From NCBI RefSeq assembly GCF_004010195.1, contig NC_057756.1, forward strand, positions 9,943,330 to 10,007,329: a stretch of 64,000 bases of DNA. Direction: 5' to 3'. The translations under genes were made by a program, and so were the position numbers. This DNA comes from Chiloscyllium plagiosum (Eukaryota). The notes beneath the pieces are model-generated. The model was given only the letters and a program-made list of their open reading frames with translations. It ran no database searches and was not told where the DNA came from. Of this stretch, positions 53,939 through 64,000 are shown piece by piece. Numbering within the stretch: the first letter of the stretch is position 1; each line of letters starts with the position of its first letter.

Positions 53939-55139
53939 CTGTTACATGAGAACAAGTATGAATGTAATTACATTAAAATACAGTGGTTTACAGGTTACAT
54001 CATCAAGTTACAAACAGTCTCCTGCCTGCCACATGTAGGTTTAAGAACAGAAATGAAAGTTTGGTAGATCAGCTCATCACGGGTTCCTGAAGTACAGAAA
54101 GTATGAATTGGAAAGTATGAGTTTGCAATGTCACAAGCTGTAGACACTGACAGTGCACATGAAGCCACAAGCAGACAGATGAAGACACTGACTACGCAGA
54201 AAAACTAACCATCAGATAAGCTGCTGAGGCAATGAGAAGAAACATAAGAAGATATACCAAACAGAGCCAAAGATGTGCAGGAGCTGTGGACTATCACATG
54301 AATTTACAATTGGAAGCAAATGTTCTTGACAGGCGTCAATCTGCAGTTTGTAGAAAGGCCAATTATTGAGAAAAGGTGTGCAGAGTGAAGCAGGAAAGAA
54401 AATCTATAAATTTCCTGAGCCAGAGCAACAGGATAACTGGGGAGGAAAATAAATCAAAGCATTTGTAGACTGGAAAATGGCAGTGAATTTGACAACACAA
54501 TAGGCACAGGAATCATATAACTGTGTGAAATGTCCAGGTGTGATAGTTCCAGGGAAAATAAGTTCATGCACCATTCCAATCTGGAAGACAAAGTTTTTCA
54601 ACTGCTACAATTGTAAAGAAAACATTTTTTATTTTAATTACAGGATAGCAGATCAGCTTGGCAAAGTGGGAAAATGATTATGGAAGGAATCTATACTTAA
54701 GAGCAAATCATTGAAATTCATTGTCAATTGTGTTTACACCACTGTTTTGTTCAAGCTGAGGAAGGAGTTTGTTTGCAGATGAGCAGAAAGTGATATTTGG
54801 CTGGCAACAGGTAGCTGATTGATTTGTGAGGCTGTGACCAGTTGGATCACAAAGGCTTTCAGTCAGACTACAAATGTCTGATTGACTCCTGGATGTTGAG
54901 ATGCTGCTGGATGCAAACAATACTTACACATATGTTTGGACTGCTGCAAGATGCAGATGTTGTGTCTTCCTCTTCAGTAAAATCCTGGCACAAACAAATG
55001 TTTTGTCTTTTTTCTCTAGTAAAATAGTTACAGCTTGTATAATTTCCCTCACTAATTGCTGCAGGCTGGGATCTTTAACCAATATTGATGAAACTTGCAA
55101 TTAATGTATAAATTGCCTGTAACTCCAATGAAGAACTGA

Positions 55140-55780
55140 AAAGTAGATAGGGCAGTTAAGGAGGAGTATGATGTGTTGGCTTTCATTAGCAGGGGTTTGA
55201 GTTTAAGAGCTGCGAGGTTATACTGTAGTTCTATAAAGTCCTGGCTAGACCACACTTGGAATATTGTGTTCAGTTGTGGTCGCCTCATTACAGGAAGGAT
55301 GTGGAAGCTTTAGAGAGAGTGCAGAGATGATTTACCAGGATGCTGCCTGGACTGGAGGCCATATCTTATGAAGAAGGGTTCAGGGAGCTAAGGCTTTTCT
55401 CATTGGAGCAAAGAAGGGTGAGAGGCAACTTGATTGAGATGTACAAGATGTTGAGAGGCATAGATACAGTGAATATTCAGAGACTTTTTCCCAGGGCAGA
55501 AATGGCTATCACAAGGGGACATAATTTTAAGGTTTAGGGGAGATGTCTGTGATTGGCTCTTTATACAGAGAGTTGTGGGTGTGTGGAACACACTGCCAAT
55601 GGTGGTGTTAGAGTAGATACTTTAGAGATACTTAAGCGACTCTTGGATAGGTACATAGATGACAGCAAAATGAAGGGTATGTAAGTTAGTTGATCTTAGA
55701 GTAGGATAAAAGGTTGGCACAACATCAAGGGTCAAAGGGCCTGTACTGTGCCATATTGTTCTATTTTCTATGTTCTAAAA
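55140..55780 (+). mobile_element. CR1 LINE 3' end
   Basis: [27 protein letters not shown]. Confidence 0.85.
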
Positions 55781-56869
55781 AAATCTAGAGAGAAGAGATT
55801 GAAGAACAGAAAATCATTGCAAGCAAAAGTATCATCTCAGTGAACCCTGTGAACTGGGGCCATGAACTGCTGCCCTAGTACTTTTTCCTCCACCCATCAG
55901 ACCATTGTTTCTTGATGGTTGGCATGTGTGTCTTGGCTTAGTAAGTCTTTCAACTAGCTATGTTTCATGTCACCAGCTCATAGCTGTTTCCCTGTGTTCA
56001 GCATCTACTTATTTGTAAAACTAAAAATAATTCTTGTTAAGTTCAAAAACCTGGCCCATGTTTTATGTTCACCTGAGTCTAGCTGACAAGTAAATTGGAA
56101 CTTGGTAATGGCTCTGGGACTCCGGTGAAGCATGACAAGGTATAAGGTCTCATGGCCAGATTAGTTGATTTAGATCTGGTACCAGATTTAGAAATTGGCA
56201 CTGCAAATGACAAAGGATTTACTGCAGGTTGCAGAATTGTCCCTGATAGAGTTAAATGCATTTTCAAAGTCCCAGCCAATTGATTTGGCAGGTAAACTAG
56301 AGGTAGCGTTGCTTGACAGAGCCAGGATGGCTGAAGTCATTGAAGTACAAACACCGTACTTCGGTTTAGAAGAGGGAGAGTATGTACTCTGAGTCATGAA
56401 ACATTGGAATTAAGTGATATTTAATTATGGTTGAAGCAGTTTGAACATGTGGAAAAAATAAAGAAACTAGAGGTGGCAGAAAATTAAAGATCAAAATAAG
56501 ATAAGGAAACGGTGATGGAATTGAAAACAATGAAAATGGAAATGAAATGATTGCAAATAAAGATTTGGGAGACAGAGCAAGATAGACTGATAGAGTCAAA
56601 CAGCACAGATGCTTCGGCCTAACTCATCCATGCCGACCAGGTTTCCTAAACTGAACAAGTCCATTTGCCTGTGTTTGGCCCATATCCCTCTGAACCCTTC
56701 CTATCCGTGTATCTATTCAAATGTCTTTTAAATATTGTAATTATACCCACCTCTACCACTTCCTCTGACAACTCATACCATACACACACCACTCTCTCTG
56801 TGAAAAAGTTGCCCCTCAAGTCCCTTTTAAATCTTTCCCCTCTCACCTTAAACTTATGCCCACTAGGAG

Positions 56870-57570
56870 AGTGTTGAGTCCTCTGAATCAGAAATGACCG
56901 AATTGGCCAAAGATATCTAAGAGGAGAGTGAAATTCTAGTACGATGTGAAATTCTAAGAGGCAAGCTCCCGTGCATTATATGCCGCCTATGTCAGACACC
57001 GAGTCGGAAGAACCTAACCCGGTGCTGAAATACTGCAGAAGTCTCGCCAAGAAAAAGCATCAGCCTATGTCCTTGGACTCAGAGTCAGAAAGATGTAGTG
57101 ATTGTAACAACGGCAGCCAACTGGACCTCAGAGGTAATGAGTTCCTTGTTTGGAACTATTAACATGGGAGAAAGTGAGGACTGCAGATGCTGGAGATCAG
57201 AATTGAAAAGTATGGCGCTGGAAAAGCACAGCAGGTCAGGCAGCATCCAAGAAGCAGGAGAGTCAACGATTTGGACATAAGCCTTCATCAGGAATGTGGG
57301 ATATTTCTGATGAAGGGCTTATGCCCAAACTGTCAACTCTCTTGCTCAGTGGATGCTGCCTGACCTGCTGTGCTTTTCCAGCGCCACACGTTTTGACACT
57401 GTTAATCTGGCCCAGTCAGGGAGCTCTGGCTGACAGATAAAAAAAGAGTGTCAGAGATACTGACATCCTGATGCCTGACTCTATATGAGGCAGTACTATA
57501 GTTATGGACTGATCATATATAAATAAAGGGACAGTTGGTGATGGGCTACCAACCTCTGGGGACTTATTTC
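56870..57570 (+). mobile_element. Gypsy 3' end and LTR fragment, with a palindromic Penelope-like insertion at ~57167-57400
   Basis: Similar to the reverse complement of 34200-34760 and 52620-52830. Confidence 0.55.
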
Positions 57571-58024
57571 AGGGAGAAAGCAGGGGTCATGAAAAAGCAC
57601 TGGTGGGTATAATTGGGTTGTATCCCAAGAAGTTCTCTAAACTACCAAGTGGATGAGGATAGCCAAGGAAAGACTAGGGCCCATTAGGGACAAAGGGAAG
57701 GTAATTTGTATGTGGAGCTAGAGGACATCAGTAGGAGGTAGTTCTTCTATAACGCAATTGTTGCATTCTTGTGCACACCCGCGTTACAGAAGAATCGCTT
57801 TTTAGAAACAGTCTTTGCCATTTAATGGAGATCCATGGGAATGCCGTCGCCTACAAGCTCCCCTCCAACCCACACTACACCCTGCTTTGGAAATACATCA
57901 CCATGCTTACAGTGACTTTGGGTCAAAATCCTGGAATCTCCACCCGAATAGCATTGCATTTGCACCCACCCTGTGGACTGCAGCAGTTCAAGTTGGCAGA
58001 TCATCACCACCTTCTCTACGGCAT

Positions 58025-60245
58025 TACAGTCATAGAGATGTACAGCATGGAAACAGACCCTTCGGTCCAACCCGTCCATGCCAACCAAATATCCCAACCC
58101 AATCTAGTCCCACCTGCCAGCACCCGGCCCATATCCCTCCAAACCCTTCCTATTCATATACCCATCCAAATGCCTCTTAAATGTTGCAATTGTACCAGCC
58201 TCCACCACTTCCTCTGGCAGCTCATTCCATTCCACCCTTTGCATGAAAAAGTTGCCCTTTATGTCACTTTTATATCTTTCTCCTCTCACCCTAAACCTAT
58301 GCCCTCTAGTTCTGGACTTCCCGACCCCAAGGAAAAGACTTTGTCTATTTATCCTATTCATGCTCCTCATAATTTTGTAAACCTCTATAGGGTCACCCCT
58401 CAGCCTCCAACGCTCCAAAGAAAACAGCCCCTCCCAATAGCTCAAATCCTCCAACCTTGGCAACATTCTTGTAAATCTTTTCTGAACCCTTTCAAGTTTC
58501 AGAACATCTTTCCGATAGGAAGGAGACCAGAATTGCACGCAATATTCCAACAGTGGCCTAACCCAATATCCTGTACAGCCGCAACATGACCTCCCAACTC
58601 CTGTACTCAATACTCTGACAAACAAAGGAAAGCATACCAAGCGCCTTCTTCACTATCCTATCTACCTGCGACTCCACTTTCAAGGAGCTATGAACCTGCA
58701 CTCCAAGGTATCTTTGTTCAGCAACACTCCCTAGGACCTTACCATTAAGTGTATAAATCCTGCTAAGATTTGCTTTCCCAAAATGCAAAATGTCGCATTT
58801 ATCGAACTTAAACTCCATCTGCCACTTCTCAGCCCATTGGCCCATCTGATCAAGATCCTGTTGTAATCTGAGGTAACCTTCTTTGCTGGAGGAGAAAGTG
58901 AGGACTGCAGATGCTGGAGATCAGAGCTGAAAATGTGTTGCTGGAAAAGCGCAGCAAGTCAGGCAGCATCCAAGAAACAGGAGAATCGACGTTTCAGGCA
59001 TAAGCCCTTCGTCAGGAATGTTTCCATGCTGTACATCTCTATGACTGTAATGCCCTCTTTCCTCATTCCTGACGAAGGGCTTATGCCCGAAACGTCAATT
59101 CTCCTGTTCCTTGGATGCTGCCTGACCTGCTGCGCTTTTCCAGCAACACATTTTCAGCTCTAAACTTCTTCGCTGTCCACTACACCTCCAATTTTGGTGT
59201 CATCTGCAAATGTACTAACTATATCTGTTATGCTCACATCAAATCATTTATATAAATGATGAAAAGTAGAGGACACAGCACGGATCTTTGTGGCACTCCA
59301 CTGGTCACAGACCTCCAGCCTGAAAAACAACCCTCCACCACCACCCTCTGCCTTCTACCTTTGAACCAATTCTGTATCCAAATGACTAGTTCTCCCTGCA
59401 TTCCATGAGATCTAACCTTGCTGACCAGTCTACCATGGGGAAACCTTGTTGAACGCCTTACTGAAGTCCATATAGATTACATCTACCGCTCTGCCATCAT
59501 CAATCCTCTTTGTTACTTATTCAAGAAACTCAATCAAGTTTGTGAGACATGATTTCCCACGCAAAAAGCCATGCTGACTATCCCTAATCAGTCCTTGCCT
59601 TTCCAAATACATGTACATCCTGTCTCTCAGGATCCCCTCCAACAACTTGTCCACCACCGAGGTCAGGCTCACCGGTCTATAGTTCCCTGGCTTGTCCTTA
59701 CCACTTTTCTTAAACAGTAGCACCACGTTAGCCAGCCTTCAGTCTTCCGGCACTTCACCTGTGACTATGGATGATACAAATATCTCAGCAAGAGGCCCAG
59801 CAATCACTTCTCTAGCTTCCCACAGTGTTCTAGGGTACACATGATCAGGTCCTGGGGATTTATCCACCTTTATGCATTTCAAGACATCCAGCACTTCCTC
59901 CTCTGGAATATGGACATTTTTCAAGATGTCACAACCTATTTCCCTACATTCTATATCTTCTATGTCCTTTTCCACAGTAAATACTGATGCAAAATGCTCG
60001 TTATTATCTCCCCCATTGTCTGCGGCTCCACACAAAGGCCACCTTGCTGATCTTTGAGTGGCCCTATTCTCTCCCTAGTTACCCATTTGTCTTTAACGAA
60101 TTTGTAAAACCCCTTTGGATTCTCCTTAACTCTATTTGCCAAAGCTATCTCATGTTCCCTTTTTGCCCTCCTGATTTCCCTCTTAAGTATACTCCTACTG
60201 CCTTTATACTCTTCTAAGGATTCACTCGATCTCTTCTGTCTATCA
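58025..60245 (-). mobile_element. CR1/HER1 LINE ORF2 remnant with a palindromic Penelope-like insertion at ~58889-59160
   Basis: NYRPVSLTS, SQHGFLRGKSCLTNL and VRPLLEYCVQFWSP. Confidence 0.9.
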
Positions 60246-60537
60246 GGAATGGGCAAGAAATGCTGGCACAGCCAGTAACACTCTCGTCTCATAACTGAAT
60301 ATAAAATTAGTGATATGACCTAAGTGATACCATCAATGGTAGTTTGTGAGAAGAACACACGTTATGAGTCCACAATAAATAGTTCAGGTCACAATGTCCA
60401 AGAAAACTAATTAATATGTCTAATATATCACTACCTCTCAAATTGGTGTTTAAAGAAAAGGGGCAGTTGGAATTTGATTAGTCTTCAAATAAAAAAGGTC
60501 AAAAAGTCGTTTGGATAGTGGCCTAAGTACATCATTT

Positions 60538-60840
60538 GGGTGGCATGGTGGCACAGTGGTTAGCACTGCTGCCTCACAGCACCAGAGACCCGGGTTCAAT
60601 TCCCACCTCAGGTGACTGTGTGGAGTTTGCACATTCTCCCCGTGACTGCGTGGGTTTGCTTTGGTTTCCCCCCACAATCCAAAAATGTGCAGGTTAGGTG
60701 GATTGGCCATGCTAAATTGCCCATTGTGTTAGGTGAAGGGGTAAATGTAGGGGAATGGGTCTGGGTGGGTTGCGCTTTGGCGGGTCGGTGTGGACTTGTT
60801 GGACCAAAGGGCCTGTTTCCACACTGTAAGTAATCTAATA
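60538..60840 (+). mobile_element. HE1-type SINE, full length
   Basis: tRNA-derived head (TGGCACAGTGG, GGTTCAATTCC), core and tail. Confidence 0.9.
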
Positions 60841-61006
60841 ATTTCTCAGAAGTCATGTGACTTCAGTCAACTGCCTCCTAGGATGTCTGTGGTGTTAATA
60901 GATGAAATATTTATCCTGCCTGACCTGTTGTGCTTTCCAAGCAACACACTCTCAACTCTGATCTCCAGCATCTTCAGTCCTCACTTTCTCCTACCCATCC
61001 AAGATA

Positions 61007-61067
61007 GCCTTGATCTATTTACTCTGCTTGCCTGAGTTTAAGGCAGGCAGAGTAAATAGATCAAGGC
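61007..61067. repeat. Inverted repeat/hairpin: 27-bp arms (26/27 complementary), 7-nt loop
   Basis: gccttgatctatttactctgcttgcct-gagttta-aggcaggcagagtaaatagatcaaggc. Confidence 0.9.
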
Positions 61068-62088
61068 ACTAGTTTTGTTTTGGACTTCACAGCAGAAGAG
61101 TCAAGTCATGTCATGTCGACCAGTCAACCAATGGAAGTGGTTTCCAGTCTGTGGAGCTTTCAAGCTGTGACAGCCCTTGTGGACATACTTGTTAGAATGA
61201 AGACTGTTTAGGCTATCAGAACTGGGTAAGGTTCATGGCTCCAGTCTCAAAAATGAATCGTAGAATCAAAAATTAGTCTCAGCATCCAAGAGAAAGAAAC
61301 TGGGAAGAGTCAGTTCAGTAAAGATTTAAAAATTATTTCTCTGTAATTGACTATGTCAAAAGATAATCTTTGTAAATAGTCTGAAACATTGTGTTGCTGC
61401 TTGTGTTGAGACCTTTCTATCTGTCTTCAATATATTGAAAATAATGTTTATTTCTTATGTTCGAGAGTTAAAGAATATTTCCAACCCCATAAATGTATTT
61501 CACTAACTCAGCACTCCAACAGTCAACTGCAAAAAAGTTAAATAATTAAACATATGCTACATCAAACCAAGTTTGAATCTGGAATCAGAACAGAATCTTC
61601 TTTAGTTCGTAACATTGGAACAGTATGGGTTGTAGATTTTAAAGAAGGAAGGATATTAAATATTGTTATATTATCCTATTGGCTCAGTGTTTCCTGTAAT
61701 GACTACATTTCCAAAGCACTTTGTTGGCAAGAAAGTGTTTTGGCATTTAGTGGCCATGCTTTCATCAAGGTGTGACTCCAGCCCTACACTGATGTGCTGA
61801 TACTTAACTGCCTTCTGAAATGGCTCAGCACACTACTTGCTGTTGCTGTTGTGCAAAATGATTAGAAAATCCAGGAAGTCCAGTAGAAGAGACATACTGG
61901 TCCATTTGTATTATATACTTTTAAACAGAGCTTCATTAGAACCAGTACATTCATTTCCAGGTATTACTCCTGTTTTGACCGGTTTGTTTTTATCCCTTTG
62001 GATCCTCTCATCAGAGTTGGACAATAAACAGGATTGCCAGTTGCAGCAACATACAAAGAATTATTAAAATAAAAGCAGCAGACAGTAC

Positions 62089-62290
62089 CGTGGGTGTGAG
62101 AGATTTCCGATTCCGCTCAATTGGAGCAAGGTTCGTTATTCTTCCTTTTGGATCCAGAGCTGAGAGAAATGTGTTAATGGTGGCTGATATACCAGCTCCC
62201 TCCATTCCAAACAGCAAGATGTTTATATACTTCCCACATTCTCTGGGAGGCTGGTAGTCCAACAGATAGTCCCTCAGAGATTCCAGCTTT
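62089..62290 (-). CDS. IFI44-like: IFI44-like exon 3 (202 nt; KLESLRDYLLDYQPPRECGKYINILLFGMEGAGISATINTFLSALDPKGRITNLAPIERNRKSLTPT), G1/G2 region
   Basis: Acceptor ttttttggcag and donor gtactg. ILLFGxxGAGxS..IN.F.S resembles the IFI44 P-loop segment (RILLLGPIGAGKSSFFNS). Overlaps ORF 62011..62262. Confidence 0.85.
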
Positions 62291-62386
62291 CTGCCAAAAA
62301 AATATAAGAAGGGTGTAAAAAGTTAAAATTGAAGTGCTTTTTGTTTACATAATTTATGAATTGATTTGGCTGGTCCAGAAACTCAC

Positions 62387-62432
62387 CGTCGGTTGAAAAC
62401 TGGACTGTGAACAGCATTATCATTCGAATAAG
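62387..62432 (-). CDS. IFI44-like: IFI44-like exon 2 (46 nt; SYSNDNAVHSPVFNRR)
   Basis: Acceptor ctctttttatttcag and donor gtgagt; phases 1 and 2 match the neighbouring exons. Confidence 0.75.
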
Positions 62433-62514
62433 CTGAAATAAAAAGAGAATGTATTAAATTATTTAGTTTAAAATACGAGTATAGAATCAGAGAACCACAA
62501 AATTATTGACTTAC

Positions 62515-62524
62515 AGCTTCCCAT
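62515..62524 (-). CDS. IFI44-like: IFI44-like gene, coding exon 1 (ATG GGA AGC T | gtaagt)
   Basis: Minus strand reads ccagacATGGGAAGCT followed by a consensus gtaagt donor. Phase 1 joins exon 2 in frame (M-G-S-S). Confidence 0.7.
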
Positions 62525-62559
62525 GTCTGGACTCAGCCCAGGTACAAACTCTAATCTGT

Positions 62560-62595
62560 GAAACAGAAACGACCTAAGGCGGGTTTGGAAATTCC
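62560..62595 (-). promoter_or_regulatory. ISRE/IRF motif (GAAACAGAAAC, 62560-62570) and NF-kB-like site (GGAAATTCC, 62587-62595)
   Basis: Matches GAAANNGAAA and the RelA-type GGAATTTCC, 36-71 bp upstream of the ATG. A second kB-like GGAATTTTCC lies near 62804-62813. Confidence 0.55.
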
Positions 62596-63299
62596 GGACT
62601 CTGCCTCTTGCTTCTGCTCAGCGATGGATTTGGTGACAGAAAGAGAACTTGCTCAGCAGGAAGATGGTTTAATTCTTATATATTTATTCTTTCATTGCCG
62701 TTCCTCAGCACCTTTAAGCTGTAAGTCTCCAACATTAATGAATGAAAATGCTATTCTCTTTTGCATGATATTTGCTTTGCCCTCATGTCGGAAACAAAGG
62801 GCTGGAATTTTCCATTCGAGTTGTGAACCAAATTGTCTGAGGTAAGACATGATTAACCCTCCCAAGACTTTAACATTATTCCTAAATACCCAGAATTGTC
62901 AGCACTGTCCAGCTGACCCCTAACCAATGAATTGAAGCTCTATGGTAATGTGCAAATGTCCCTTTGTAGAAAATGGATAGACTGTGTCAAATACAAAGAA
63001 ATTTCTTCAAGGTGGGTATACATCTGCTGCTCTCTCGGACAGGATTTCTGATTTAATCTTTCTTTTTGTTCACCATCATTACTTTCATTTTCTCTGCTGG
63101 GTTTTGACACAGCCTAACCATTTTCTCATATTCTTAGCCCTCATTATTATTTATTCAGCTTCTTTTCAGTCCTGGCTTACTCTCAATAATCCTCTTGTCT
63201 GCCTGCTCTGGAATCTGTCTCCATCTATCCCCTCACCTCTCCCCCACATCCACCCACAACAATCTCATCTTCGCTGTAAATATTATATTTTCGTAACTG

Positions 63300-63970
63300 C
63301 TGTCTGTTCTGATGAAGAGACACCAGACTCAATACAGCTGTTCTTTCTCTCCACTGATGCTGCTAGATCTGCTGAGTTTCTCCAGCAAATTTTCTTTTTG
63401 TTTTAGAATCTCCAGCATTTGGGAATGGAGGATTTGAGTTACAAGGAGAGGCTGGATAGGCTGGAACATTATTCACTGGAACATAGGAGCTGAAGGGTAT
63501 AGATAAGATGATTGGCACAAGTCTTTTCCCTAAGGTGGGGCTTTCAAAACGAGGGAGCATATTTTTAAGGTGAGAGGAGAAAGATTTTAAAAAGACACGA
63601 GGGGAGTTTTATTTTTCTCTCAGAGAGTGGTTCATATGTGGAATGAACTTCCAGAGTAGATGCTGTTACAGTTACAACGTTTAAAAGACATTCCAACAAG
63701 TACATGATTAAGAAATATTTTGGGGGAAATGGGCCAAGGACAGGCAGGTGGGACTAGTTTAGTTTGGGATGATGGTTGGCACAGACTGCTTGAACTAAAA
63801 AGGTTGTTTCAGTACTGTATGACTCAATGACTTTACCCTTCCTGAAGAAGGGCCTGTGCCCGAAACGTCGAATCTCCTGTTCCCTGGATGCTGCCTGACC
63901 TGCTGTGCTGTTCCAGCAATAAAGTTTCAACTTTGATCTCCAGCATCTGCAGACCTCACTTTCTCCTTCC
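63300..63970 (+). mobile_element. Penelope-like terminal repeats (~63300-63420, ~63838-63970) flanking a CR1 3' end
   Basis: CTGAAGA-A-GGGC-CTGT-GCCC-GAAACGTC at ~63842-63869; CR1 3' UTR between the repeats. Confidence 0.75.
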
Positions 63971-64000
63971 CCCACCTCCAACACTCTCCATCCACCTGCA

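Noticed and set aside
56195..56392. MALQMTKDLLQVAELSL... ORF as a host exon
   Set aside because: Resembles the N-terminus of Gypsy-type gag, followed by a decayed Lys/Glu-rich tract; no supporting splice structure.
60538..60612. tRNA gene-like A/B boxes (here and in other copies)
   Set aside because: These are heads of HE1-type SINEs, followed by the SINE core and tail.
24100..62524. Trans-splicing as the explanation for opposite-strand exons
   Set aside because: The strand switch coincides with two arbitrary 500-N gaps and a duplicated block, so assembly or paralogy is much simpler.

Overview
Repeat-dense vertebrate genomic DNA, inferred to be from a shark or other elasmobranch (abundant HE1-type tRNA-derived SINEs, CR1/HER1-type LINEs and Penelope-like elements). 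It has two 500-N scaffold gaps (17422-17921, 41007-41506). The only host gene I can reconstruct is a 7-exon, 269-aa IFI44-family (interferon-induced protein 44-like) P-loop protein. It has no N-terminal TLDc domain, begins with a myristoylation-type MGSSYS, has the Walker A Lys replaced by Ile, and has ISRE and NF-kB-like motifs just upstream. Exons 1-4 and 7 are on the minus strand of the outer contigs. Exons 5-6 are on the plus strand of the middle contig, which is largely an inverted, diverged second copy of the flanking intron sequence. The outer copy has lost exon 5 and most of exon 6 through a ~3.4-kb deletion. Also notable: many short palindromic Penelope-derived insertions with hammerhead-ribozyme cores and long TSDs, a 49-bp minisatellite grown from one of them, a 27-bp-stem intronic hairpin, and two promoter-like islands with no identified gene. 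Repeat boundaries were read by eye and are approximate; family calls rest on motif recognition, not database searches.
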